Shown here piece after piece: positions 8,572 to 17,959 of a stretch of 61,242 bases of DNA. Positions within the stretch are counted from its first letter, which is position 1. The number at the start of each line of letters is the position of its first letter. A model generated the notes under the pieces. That model was not told the origin of the DNA. It saw nothing but the letters and a program-made list of their open reading frames with translations, and did not search any database. The stretch covers positions 1 through 61,242 of the forward strand of contig PMKP01000334.1 of the NCBI GenBank assembly GCA_003157775.1, given 5' to 3'. The translations under genes were made by a program, and so were the position numbers. Origin of the DNA: Myxococcales bacterium (GTDB lineage Bacteria; Myxococcota_A; Polyangia; Fen-1088).

Positions 8572-10965
8572 ATGGCGCATGGTAGACATGGCCGTCACGG
8601 AAACAAGTCCATGAGTCGTCAGCCGCGAAAACGCTCGCCCAGCCGCGAAACTACCCAGGGTGGATCGCGCGACATTGCGGAGCGCAAGCGAGCAGAGGCG
8701 GCATTGCGACGGAGCGAGGATTTGTTGTCGTTTTCACTCACGACGGCCCGCATCGGGTGCTGGGAGCTCGACTTGATGGACCACACGGCGCATCGGTCCC
8801 TCCAGCACGACCAGATCTTCGGCTATCAGGAGCTTCTGCCCGAGTGGACCTATGATATGTTCATCGCGCACGTGATCCCGGAGGATCGTGAAGCGGTAGA
8901 CGGGAAATTCCGCCAAGCGCTCGCCACTCAGTGCGACTGGAGCTTTGAATGCCGGATCTTGCGGCACGACGGGGCGACTCGCTGGATCTGGGCGGCGGGC
9001 CGCCATCGCGCCGATGAGAGCGGCCAGATTCGACGCATGGCCGGGATCGTTCAGGACATCACCGAGCGCAAGCAGGCGGAAGCGGCGCTGCGCGAGGCCC
9101 ATGGCAGGACCACCGCAATCCTGGCGAGTATCGCGGATGCCTTCTATTCGCTCGACGCCGAGTGGCGCTTCGTCGAGGTGAACCCGGCGGCCGAGCGGGC
9201 GCCCTTCGGGCGGCCTGCCAGCGAACTTATTGGCAAGGTCATCTGGGACATGTTCCCGAAGATCGTGGGCACGCGCGTCCACCGGCACTACCTCGATGCG
9301 GTAGGCAAGCGCAGCCACGAGCACTACGAGTCGCCGTCGCCGCTCAACGGCCGCTGGTACGAAGTGTTCATGTTCCCGCGCCCCGGCGGTCTCGACGTCT
9401 ATCTGCGCGACATCGACGACCGCAAGAAGGCAGAGCAGGCGTTGCGCGAGAGTGAGGAGCGTCTCAAGCTGGCGCAACTGATCGCCCATCTCGGTAGCTG
9501 GGAGCTCGATATCGTCGCCAACCGGCTCTCCTGGTCGGACGAGGTGTACCGAATCTTCGGTTTCGGGCCGCAGGAGTTCGGCGCCACCTACCAGGCATTT
9601 CTGGAGACTGTCCACCCTGAGGACCGAGCCGCGGTCGACAGCACCTATTCGGCCTCTCTGCGCGAAGGGCGAGACAGCTTCGAGATCGAGCACCGGATCA
9701 TTCGCAAGTCCATAGGCGAAATCCGCACGGTTCACGAGAAGTGTCAGCACGTGCGCGATCAGTCGGGAAGCGTCGCCCGATCGCTCGGGATGGTGCAGGA
9801 CATTACCGAGCGCAAGCAAGCCGAGGAGGCGCTACGCGCCGCCAACCTCCAGCTCGCCGAGGCCGATCAGCGCAAGAACGAGTTTCTGGCGGTTCTCTCG
9901 CATGAACTGCGCAACCCGCTCTCGCCCATTCGCAACAGCCTCTACATCCTCGATCGCACGGCCCCGGGCGGTGAGCAGGCCAAGCACGCCCTTGCGGTAA
10001 TCGGCCGGCAGGTCGGCCAGTTGGCGCGCCTGGTGGACGACTTGCTCGACGTCACGCGGGTCTCGCGCAACAAGATCCAGCTCCAACGCAGTACCCTTGA
10101 ACTGAATGATCTGGTTCGTCGCACGGTCGAGGACCATCACTCCTTGTTCGAGGAAAAGGGAATCGTGGTTGAAGCGACCTTCGCCCCAGATCGTTTGCCG
10201 GTCAAAGGCGACGTTAATCGCCTCGCTCAGATAGTTGGAAATCTCCTGCAAAACGCCGCCAAGTTCACCCCGGCCGGCGGTCGAGTCAGGGTCAGCACTG
10301 CGGTCGCCGCGTCGAGGCAGCGCGCTACCCTGCGGGTCACAGACACTGGGGTTGGGATTGAGCCGGCGATGCTCAGCCGGTTGTTCCAGCCCTTCATGCA
10401 GGCCGACGCGACCTTGGATCGCAGTAAGGGTGGCCTCGGACTTGGGCTGGCGCTGGTCAAGGGTCTGGTGGAGATGCATGGTGGCGAGGTCTGCGCGCAC
10501 AGCGACGGCCCGGGCAAGGGAGCGGAGTTCATGGTTGAGTTGCCGCTCGACGAGACGGCAGTCGCGGAGGCTAGCTCGAGGGCAGTCGGGACGGCGGGGA
10601 GGCACCGGCGCGTCCTAATCATCGAGGACAACCGAGACGCGGCTGATAGCCTGCGCGAGGTGCTGCAGTTCGGCGGGCACATCGTCGAGGTCGCCTACAA
10701 CGGTCCCGACGGGCTGCACCGGGCTCGAGACTTCAAGCCGGAGATCGTGCTTTGTGATATTGGCCTACCCGGCATGGATGGCTATGAGGTCGCGCGCGCC
10801 TTCCGGGCCGATGAGGCGCTGAAAGGTGTATTCCTGGTGGCTCTGAGCGGCTACGCCCTGCCCGATGACTTGCAGCGGGCGGGGGAGGCAGGATTCGAGC
10901 GGCACCTTGCCAAGCCGTCGAGTCTGGAGAAGCTGGAGGAACTTCTCGCGGATGTCCCTTCCTAG
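8572..10965 (+). CDS. hybrid sensor histidine kinase: three PAS domains, HisKA, HATPase, receiver
   Basis: Three repeats of the PAS linker DITERKQAE/DIDDRKKAE. H-box EFLAVLSHELRNPL, ATPase boxes, and C-terminal receiver VLIIEDNRDAADS...VLCDIGLPGMDG. An alternative start is at 8611. Confidence 0.85.
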   Translation: MAHGRHGRHGNKSMSRQPRKRSPSRETTQGGSRDIAERKRAEAALRRSEDLLSFSLTTARIGCWELDLMDHTAHRSLQHDQIFGYQELLPEWTYDMFIAHVIPEDREAVDGKFRQALATQCDWSFECRILRHDGATRWIWAAGRHRADESGQIRRMAGIVQDITERKQAEAALREAHGRTTAILASIADAFYSLDAEWRFVEVNPAAERAPFGRPASELIGKVIWDMFPKIVGTRVHRHYLDAVGKRSHEHYESPSPLNGRWYEVFMFPRPGGLDVYLRDIDDRKKAEQALRESEERLKLAQLIAHLGSWELDIVANRLSWSDEVYRIFGFGPQEFGATYQAFLETVHPEDRAAVDSTYSASLREGRDSFEIEHRIIRKSIGEIRTVHEKCQHVRDQSGSVARSLGMVQDITERKQAEEALRAANLQLAEADQRKNEFLAVLSHELRNPLSPIRNSLYILDRTAPGGEQAKHALAVIGRQVGQLARLVDDLLDVTRVSRNKIQLQRSTLELNDLVRRTVEDHHSLFEEKGIVVEATFAPDRLPVKGDVNRLAQIVGNLLQNAAKFTPAGGRVRVSTAVAASRQRATLRVTDTGVGIEPAMLSRLFQPFMQADATLDRSKGGLGLGLALVKGLVEMHGGEVCAHSDGPGKGAEFMVELPLDETAVAEASSRAVGTAGRHRRVLIIEDNRDAADSLREVLQFGGHIVEVAYNGPDGLHRARDFKPEIVLCDIGLPGMDGYEVARAFRADEALKGVFLVALSGYALPDDLQRAGEAGFERHLAKPSSLEKLEELLADVPS

Positions 10966-12218
10966 TCTATGACACTCCCATCAGTGAGAATGCCATTCTT
11001 GGGAACCACCACGATCCCCTCGCGGATGAAATAGCCGTCCCCGTCCTTCTCCTTGACCTTGGCTTGGTTGACAATGCGAACGCCGCGGCCGATGCGGGCG
11101 TTCTTGTCGATGATGGCGCCCTCGATGATCGAATCGGAGCCCACGCCAACCGGCGGTATGCCGCGCGCCTCAGTGGCGCGTATCTCATCCAACGTCTCGT
11201 AGCTGTCGGCGCCGATGAGCAGGCTGTTGCGGATGTGCACATTTCTGCCGATGCGGCTGCGGATGCCGATCACGGCGCGGTCGACATCCGCGCCCTGCAG
11301 GATACAGCCCTCGGAGATAAGGGCATTGTGAATAGTGCATTGTTCTAGCTTTGAAGCAGGCAGAAAGCGTGGGTTGGTGAAGACGGGGCGGGAGGCGTCG
11401 TAGAAATCAAACGGCGGAATCGGCTGGCAGAGAGCCAGGTTGGCCCTGAAGTACGATGGAATCGTCCCGACATCTTCCCAGTAGCCGCGATAGATATGCG
11501 CCTGCACGCGCTGGTCCGGGACCGCATGGGGAATGACGTTCCGGCCGAAGTCAACCAGCTTGGGATCCGAGACTGCCTTTTCCAGGACATCTCGCCGGAA
11601 GATATAGATGCCCATTGAGGCCAGGCACTCGGGCGCGTGCCCTGGGATGTCGGAAACCAGGGCGGGCAGTCGCTCGCGCGGCGGCTTTTCATCGAAAAGA
11701 ACGACGCGTCCCGTTCCGTCTGTCTTCAAAACGCCGAGTCCGGTGGCGTGCTCTTCCGCCACAGGAATCACCGCCACGGTCGCGTCGGCGTTGCTTTCGC
11801 GATGGGTGCGCAGCATTTCGCGGAAGTCCATGCTGTACAGTTGGTCTCCCGACAGCACCATCAGATCGCGCGCGGATCTCCGATGCATGTGGCGCAGACC
11901 CTGGCGCACGGCATCGGCCGTCCCCTGAAACCAATCGCCTCCCTCCTCGGTCTGCTCCGCGGCCAGCACGGTCACGAAGCCAGAAGAAAACACGTCGAAC
12001 TTGTAGGTCCGCGCGACATGCGTGTTCAGGCTTTCCGAGTTGAACTGGGTGAGCACAAAGATGCGCCGCAACCCTGCGTTCAGGCAGTTGCTGATAGGGA
12101 TGTCGATGAGGCGATACTTGCCGCCAATGGGGACGGCCGGCTTCGAGCGCTTGAGAGTGAGGGGAAACAGGCGCGTCCCGCGTCCGCCCCCCAATATGAT
12201 TGCCAGCACATCGTCCAT
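10962..12218 (-). CDS. glgC: glucose-1-phosphate adenylyltransferase
   Basis: N-terminus AIILGGGRGTRLFPLTLKRSKPAVPIGGKYRLIDIPISNCLNAG, WFQGTADAV, and a C-terminal left-handed beta-helix region. 418 aa. Confidence 0.9.
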   Translation of the reverse strand: MDDVLAIILGGGRGTRLFPLTLKRSKPAVPIGGKYRLIDIPISNCLNAGLRRIFVLTQFNSESLNTHVARTYKFDVFSSGFVTVLAAEQTEEGGDWFQGTADAVRQGLRHMHRRSARDLMVLSGDQLYSMDFREMLRTHRESNADATVAVIPVAEEHATGLGVLKTDGTGRVVLFDEKPPRERLPALVSDIPGHAPECLASMGIYIFRRDVLEKAVSDPKLVDFGRNVIPHAVPDQRVQAHIYRGYWEDVGTIPSYFRANLALCQPIPPFDFYDASRPVFTNPRFLPASKLEQCTIHNALISEGCILQGADVDRAVIGIRSRIGRNVHIRNSLLIGADSYETLDEIRATEARGIPPVGVGSDSIIEGAIIDKNARIGRGVRIVNQAKVKEKDGDGYFIREGIVVVPKNGILTDGSVID

Positions 12219-12313
12219 GCTCAGAACCTACCTCGGAACGCGCGCAAGCGCAGGTTTCACACATTCAGCCCGCCACCTTTTCGGAGGGGCCACTGACTGA
12301 AGTCGGAGGCCCT

Positions 12314-12496
12314 TTAGCCTCGCCAGGTGTGCCCCCTTGTCGTGCCGGGCGGGCCGTCGAGCAAGAACTGCTGCCAGGTGATCGCCGGCACATCCACTCG
12401 CTCGGCGATCGCGCGTCCGCTGGCGCTGCATACGACCAGCGGCTGGAAGCCCGGGTGACGGCGGGTGAATTCCAACAAGCCGGTGAGATCGCTCAT
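12314..12496 (-). CDS. small hypothetical ORF, possibly a gene remnant
   Basis: 60-aa ORF, 111 nt downstream of the radical SAM gene on the same strand. No recognisable family or RBS. Confidence 0.15.
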   Translation of the reverse strand: MSDLTGLLEFTRRHPGFQPLVVCSASGRAIAERVDVPAITWQQFLLDGPPGTTRGHTWRG

Positions 12497-12607
12497 CTGG
12501 AACTGGCCGGTTGGTCACAGGCAAGGTCCTCCGCTGCCCTGTCTGTTGGATGCCCCGCTAGCTTGCAGGTCGCAGCGGGCCGGGACAATCGGAGGTCCGC
12601 GAGCAGG

Positions 12608-14035
12608 TCACCGCGTGGCGGCGGCGCGGGCTTTGCTGGGCGGCTCGGTGCAAGCCTCCCCCTTGAGCAGGCTCCGCCCGTGCTCTCCGACGTGCAGGGA
12701 ATCGTCCACTATCTCTTTCTTGTCCGGGAATTCGCGTTGCCAGACCGGGTCCATCACCTTCTTCAAGCTCACCGCGTATTCGTCCAGGCCGTCGGCGAGA
12801 ATGGTCTTGATCTTTTCCGCCCCTTCTTGCGACGGCGTGGGGTGAAACTTCTCCAGGGCGTCGCGCAGAATCTGCGGCCGATCGATGATGGGGCAGGGCC
12901 GATAGATGTTCTTTATTTCGCGGTTTCGCTTGCGAATGTACTTGAAGTAGTCGCTCGACAAGGCGGTCTTCAGCGACACGTCCTTGATGTTGTGCACGTG
13001 GAACTGATGGAACACGCAAGGCTCGACACCTCCCTGCGCATTGATGTGGAAATAGCGCTGCCCGGCTGACAAGCAGCCGCCCACCAGGGGCCCGTCGCAC
13101 CAGAAATCGGCAGCCACAATCGGCTTGTGTGCGCGGATTTCGCGGATGCGCTGCATGCGGTGCAAGCGCTGTTCGGGAGTGGGCATCAGGCTGAGGTCGG
13201 GATCGCGCCCGACCGGCATGTAGGAGAAGTACCAGCCGATCATGCACCCGCGCTCTACGTAGAAATCGATGAACTCGTCGGAGACAATGAGATCATTGTT
13301 CAGCCGCGTCGGCGTGCCTGAGAAGCCGAAGATCACGCCCGCCTGCTTGAGAGCAGCCATGCTGGCCAGGATCCGGTCCCACACTCCCGCGCCCCGGCGC
13401 GCGGTGGTCTCCTTCTCGAAACCCTCCACGCTGATGCACGGGATCACGTTGCCCAGCTTGGCCAATCGGGGTGCCAACTGGCGCTCGGCGATCAAAGTTC
13501 CATTGGTGTAGGTCATGAAGATCATGTCGCTGTGCCGTTCGCACAGCTCCAGGAAGTCCTCGCGGATGAACGGCTCGCCGCCGCTCACCACCACGAAGCG
13601 GATGCCCAGATCCTTAGCTTCGCCATAGACCCGGTCCAGGTCAGCCGTACTGAGCGCGTCCTTGCGATTGTAGTAAGCGGAATAGCAGCCCACGCACTTC
13701 AGGTTGCAGCGCATGGTTGGGCTGATGACCACCATGTGCGGGTAGTCGTGCAGCTCCTTGCGGTTGCGCTTGCGATAGGGCGTGCCGAGCAGGATCTGAT
13801 CGCCGACCAGGTTGTGCACCAGGCGCGAAAGGCAGTTTGGAGCGATCTCGCGGTGGCGTCGCTTGACCTCGCAGAACAACTTGAAGAGAAAATCCCCACT
13901 TATCGGCTCACTGAGGTCGCGCTTGGACTTGTCGATGCGGCGCCGAACCGAATCCTCGGATATCAGGCCGAGTCCCTTGGTGGCGGTGCTCAGGGCCAGA
14001 TGAACGAGAGCCTTCTTGGGATTCCAGCGGGTCAT
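12608..14035 (-). CDS. radical SAM enzyme with extra C-terminal Cys motif (SPASM/twitch-like), function unknown
   Basis: The CX3CX2C motif lies in MRCNLKCVGCYSAYY, followed by GGEPF. Further Cys occur in FWCDGPLVGGCLSAGQRYFHINAQGGVEPCVF. 475 aa, with an N-terminal extension of about 100 aa. RBS AGGAAGGAG precedes the ATG. Confidence 0.85.
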   Translation of the reverse strand: MTRWNPKKALVHLALSTATKGLGLISEDSVRRRIDKSKRDLSEPISGDFLFKLFCEVKRRHREIAPNCLSRLVHNLVGDQILLGTPYRKRNRKELHDYPHMVVISPTMRCNLKCVGCYSAYYNRKDALSTADLDRVYGEAKDLGIRFVVVSGGEPFIREDFLELCERHSDMIFMTYTNGTLIAERQLAPRLAKLGNVIPCISVEGFEKETTARRGAGVWDRILASMAALKQAGVIFGFSGTPTRLNNDLIVSDEFIDFYVERGCMIGWYFSYMPVGRDPDLSLMPTPEQRLHRMQRIREIRAHKPIVAADFWCDGPLVGGCLSAGQRYFHINAQGGVEPCVFHQFHVHNIKDVSLKTALSSDYFKYIRKRNREIKNIYRPCPIIDRPQILRDALEKFHPTPSQEGAEKIKTILADGLDEYAVSLKKVMDPVWQREFPDKKEIVDDSLHVGEHGRSLLKGEACTEPPSKARAAATR

Positions 14036-14077
14036 TGCAGCAACTCCTTCCTAGAAATGGTCTGGTGAGCGGACGTC

Positions 14078-14093
14078 TGCAAACCATGCACCA
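14078..14093 (-). promoter_or_regulatory. candidate sigma-54 (-24/-12) promoter of the radical SAM gene
   Basis: The minus strand reads TGGTGCATGGTTTGCA: GG and GC at the canonical 12-nt register, with TTGCA at -12. It ends 42 nt before the ATG at 14035. It is 15/16 identical to the element at 55213..55228. Confidence 0.5.
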
Positions 14094-14403
14094 AGACCGA
14101 CGCACGCGCAAACTTGGCCACGCCACGAAGAAAACTGGTGGAGATCCAACACCGACGGCGAAACTTCACCGGCCGAAAATGGACGCCTTCGGTACCAGGA
14201 GGCTATGCGCGAGTTTCCTCTTGAGGACGCTCGCAACGCGCCCCATTGCGCGGGCTCTTTCCCTCTCAACCTGCGCGTGAGCACCTTGTACCGAAACGCG
14301 CTGCGGCGCAGGCTAGATGACGATATGCGACTTGCGATCCGTTACCAACCGCCGCTGGTACTCTCCAAGACCTCCTCAAGCTTCTCCATGCTGGGGGGCT
14401 TGG

Positions 14404-14727
14404 CTAGGTGCTGGTCGAAGTGTTGGGCGGGATGGTGTAGACATTGTTGGGAAGCGGGCGTACCCCGTCCTCGGCCTGTTGCACTGGCATCTGCGTGTGC
14501 TTGCCGAGCAACTCCGCCAGCACACTGGGATGGTTGCGCTCGAGCTGTTGCACGACCACGAAGATGAGCCCGCTATCGGCTGATACGAGAGAAGAGAATC
14601 GTTCGAGGGCGTGGAGCGCTCCCGGTGAAACCCCAATCCCGACGAAGACCGGGCGTGCCCCAGAGCGCGCTTCGTCGTCAGAGTCTTCTCGTGAGATCGT
14701 ATTCTGCGACGCCATCGATCGCTTCAA
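14404..14727 (-). pseudogene. truncated, degenerate CheB-methylesterase-like N-terminal fragment
   Basis: The 107-aa ORF matches the start of CheB/CheR-fusion sensor proteins (VFVGIGVSPGALHALERF...FVVVQQLERNHPSVLAELL...VYTIPPN) and then stops. The usual VQHL His is replaced by Q. No remainder of the domain follows in any frame. Confidence 0.5.
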
Positions 14728-15029
14728 TCCGGTATTTCAAAGGGTCGGGCACCATCGTGTTTCTGGATCCTGCCCGGGGCGACTTGTTGGTGAACGGCAG
14801 CCATGTGCCACAACTCATCCAGCAACCCACCGCAAAGATTGCGGGAATGGCGTGGAGGAAAGACCGGCACGTACAATTAGAGAATCCAGCGTCGAGGTTG
14901 TGACATCGATGGAGCATCGCGGGCTCGATTCCAACTCCGCTGTCGATGAAGCAATGAGCAGGTGGCAAAACCAGCGTGCACCCGTCCTCAACGCCCCGAG
15001 CCTCGCCAGGTTCGGCGCCGGACCCCTGC

Positions 15030-17774
15030 TTATTGCCTTCGCCTCTCCGCGTCCGCGAGCGCGTGCTCGATAGCCTCGATGCTCGGGGGCTTGGCAAGGT
15101 GGCAGTCGAAGCCCGCCTCCCGCGCCTTTGCCACGTCCTCTGCGGCGGCGTACCCACTCAACGCAATCAGGGTAGTGGCGGACAGGGTGGCGTCGGCGCG
15201 CACCGCCCGCGCGACCGCGTACCCGTCCATGCCTGGCAGGCCGATGTCGCAGAGGACAACGTCCGGCCGGTGCGTCCGAATCTTCTCGATGCCCTGATCG
15301 CCGGAATAGGCAACCATAGCCGAGTGATTGACGAGCTCCAGCACCTCTCGCAAGCTGTCGGCGGCGTCGCGGTTGTCTTCGATGATGAGGACGCGCCTAC
15401 GTGGGTGCGAAGGCTCGGCCTCGGCAGGGCGAGGCGCGGTGATTGCCGACGCGGTCAACGTGGGAAGCACGACGTCGAACTCGGCACCCTTGCTTGGCCC
15501 TTCGCTGCGCGCCGCAACCGATCCGCCATGCATTTCCACCAAGCCCTTGACCAGGGTCAGCCCCAGTCCGAGGCCACCCTTGGAGCGGTCGAGTGTCCGG
15601 TCTGCCTGGGTGAAGGGCTCAAATAGGTGGGGCAGAATGTCTACGCCGATGCCAGCCCCGGTGTCGCAGATCCGGATTGCCGCCTGGCCGTCCTCAAGTC
15701 TCTCGACCGAGACGGTGGTGGCGCCGCCCCTTGGGGTAAACTTCACCGCATTCTGCAGTAGGTTGCCGATGACCTGGGCCAGGCGGGTTCTGTCTGCGCT
15801 GACCCTCAACCGGGCGCCGCTGGGCCGCAGGGCGAGCTTGACTCCGGTTCTTGCGAACAGGTCGCGATGGTCCTCGACGGTACGGCCGACCAGCTCGTCG
15901 AGGTCAAGTTGCTCCGGCTCAAGCTGAATTTTGCCCCGGGTGATCCGCGTGACGTCAAGCAGATCGTCGACCAGCCTGGTCAGGTGCGCGACCTGGCGCT
16001 CGATCACCGATTCAGCACGCTTCACCTGCTCGGCATCGCCGCGGACATGCGCGAGGATGTAAAGGCTGTTCTTGATCGGCGCGAGCGGGTTGCGCAGTTC
16101 ATGGGAGAGCATCGCGAGAAACTCATTCTTGCGCACGTCCGCGGCGCGAAGCTCGGCCTCGCTCTGTCGCAGTGCCCGTTCGGCTTCGCCGTGCAGGCGC
16201 TCGGCTTCGATCGCATCCAGCGCGTACGAGACGTCGGCCGCCAGTGCACAGAGCAGCTCGATCTGCTCCGAGTCGAAGGCGGCCGGTTGGTTTGAATACA
16301 GAGTGAGAACGCCCACCGCCTTCCCGTTCTTGTGCAGGGGGAAAGCAGCGGACGCTCTGAAGCCGTGGCGCAGGGCCGGCTCGCGCCAGGGGGACATCAA
16401 GGGGTTGGCGTCGAAGTCATCGTTCACCACCGCCCGATCTTCGCGGATGCAGGAGCCGGTCGGGCCTTGGCCCAGTTTGCCCTCGACATCTACGCTGATG
16501 CCATCAAGGTAGTCGACGGCGGTGCCGCTGGCGGCCGCGGGCTGCACCCTAGCTCCATCGACCAGACCGATCCAGACCAAGGGGAATGTCATCTGCTCTG
16601 CGACGATGCGGCACACCTCCTGGAAGATCTGGGTTTCGTCGCGGGTGCGGACGATCATCTCATTGACCCGGCTGAGGACCGCGTAGAGCTGCGTGAGCTG
16701 CTTCACGCGACGGGCCTGGATGTCGCGCTCGGTGACGTCTAGGAATAGCACGGTCAAGTTGTCCGGACCCGGATAGCAAAACAGCTCTACCGTTCGATCG
16801 GTGACCACCGAGGGTGCGTGGACGCGGATCGGGGCGCCACTCTCCCTCGCCCGGCGGAACTCACTCTCGAAAACGCTGCCGCGGAACCCGGGGAAAACCT
16901 CGAGGATCGAGTGTCCCAGCACCTCTTCGCGCGCCCTGTGGAAGTAGCCTAGGGCAGTGTCGTTCATGTGGGTCACGCGCCATTGCCGATCGAGGGAGTA
17001 GAAGCCGTCGGCGATGCTGTCGACAATGGCCGTCAGCCGCTGCTGGGAGTCTTGCAGCGCCTGCTGGGCCTGCTTGCGCTCGCTGATGTCGTAGCCCGAC
17101 TCGAGAATCAGATCGACTCCATCTTCGCCGCGCACGAGCTGCATCCGGACAGAAACCGTGACCGGCCGTCCCTTCTTGCTGCGGTTGACCAGCTCCCCTT
17201 CCCAGTGGCCGACCCGGGCCAAGATTGCGTCCACCTCAGCCGTGGAAATCGAGCCGACGGTCTGCAGGAGCTCGTGGACATTCTTGCCCAGAACCTCCTG
17301 CTCAGTGAAGCCGTAGAGATCTTCGGCTCCGTCGCTCCAGAACTCGATTTGCCCGGAAAGGCGGCGAACGTGGATGGCGTCCTGGGATAAACGTAGCAGG
17401 CTCGCGTAGCGGCGGACCAGCTCCTCCGCTTGCTTGCGCTCGGTGATGTCGCGGGTATTGGCCATGCCCAGCTCGTGGACCTTCTGGCGCAGCTCACGGT
17501 TTGCAGTCTCCAACTCTGCGTTCAGCGACCGGAACTCTTCCTTGGCAGTCTCCAACTCCTCACTAGCGGATTTCCGCCGCTCGTTGGTGGAGATGAGACC
17601 CTCATGCGAAGCTGCCAGGGCAGCCGCACCGAAACCTCCAGGCGTGGAAGCGGCGGCTGTGGCCGAAGCCATGGGCGTCTTGCGGGTCTGCGCCCGGGCA
17701 GAAGGCGAACCCGGCTTGCCCGGCCCTCGGGATCCTCGGGGCTTTGTCTTCCGCTTGGTCATGCGCACTTTCAA
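15030..17774 (-). CDS. hybrid sensor histidine kinase: PAS x2, GAF, HisKA, HATPase, receiver
   Basis: Basic low-complexity N-terminus, a coiled STNE...ELETAKEEFRSLNAELETANRELRQ segment, PAS domains, a GAF domain, H-box EFLAMLSHELRNPL, ATPase boxes, and receiver VLIIEDNRDAADS...VLCDIGLPGMDG. Confidence 0.85.
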   Translation of the reverse strand: MKVRMTKRKTKPRGSRGPGKPGSPSARAQTRKTPMASATAAASTPGGFGAAALAASHEGLISTNERRKSASEELETAKEEFRSLNAELETANRELRQKVHELGMANTRDITERKQAEELVRRYASLLRLSQDAIHVRRLSGQIEFWSDGAEDLYGFTEQEVLGKNVHELLQTVGSISTAEVDAILARVGHWEGELVNRSKKGRPVTVSVRMQLVRGEDGVDLILESGYDISERKQAQQALQDSQQRLTAIVDSIADGFYSLDRQWRVTHMNDTALGYFHRAREEVLGHSILEVFPGFRGSVFESEFRRARESGAPIRVHAPSVVTDRTVELFCYPGPDNLTVLFLDVTERDIQARRVKQLTQLYAVLSRVNEMIVRTRDETQIFQEVCRIVAEQMTFPLVWIGLVDGARVQPAAASGTAVDYLDGISVDVEGKLGQGPTGSCIREDRAVVNDDFDANPLMSPWREPALRHGFRASAAFPLHKNGKAVGVLTLYSNQPAAFDSEQIELLCALAADVSYALDAIEAERLHGEAERALRQSEAELRAADVRKNEFLAMLSHELRNPLAPIKNSLYILAHVRGDAEQVKRAESVIERQVAHLTRLVDDLLDVTRITRGKIQLEPEQLDLDELVGRTVEDHRDLFARTGVKLALRPSGARLRVSADRTRLAQVIGNLLQNAVKFTPRGGATTVSVERLEDGQAAIRICDTGAGIGVDILPHLFEPFTQADRTLDRSKGGLGLGLTLVKGLVEMHGGSVAARSEGPSKGAEFDVVLPTLTASAITAPRPAEAEPSHPRRRVLIIEDNRDAADSLREVLELVNHSAMVAYSGDQGIEKIRTHRPDVVLCDIGLPGMDGYAVARAVRADATLSATTLIALSGYAAAEDVAKAREAGFDCHLAKPPSIEAIEHALADAERRRQ

Positions 17775-17959
17775 CCCGGCGTCAATCGGCGACTCTGCTA
17801 TAGCACAAAGTCACAGTTCACCGCGACCGCTGGCCGACCCGCGCTGGCGCACAGGCGGCCCGTCGTCACAGGGAACTGTGCTGTGGGGGGAAGCTCAACG
17901 CGCCGTTGGTCGCGTCGCTGCTCGCCGCGTCCGAAGGCCTGCCAGCCTCCGACTATCGA

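Noticed and set aside
17495-17506. CACGGTTTGCAG, resembling the -12 half of the shared promoter element.
   Set aside because: There is no GG at the -24 position. It lies inside the kinase coding region on the antisense strand.
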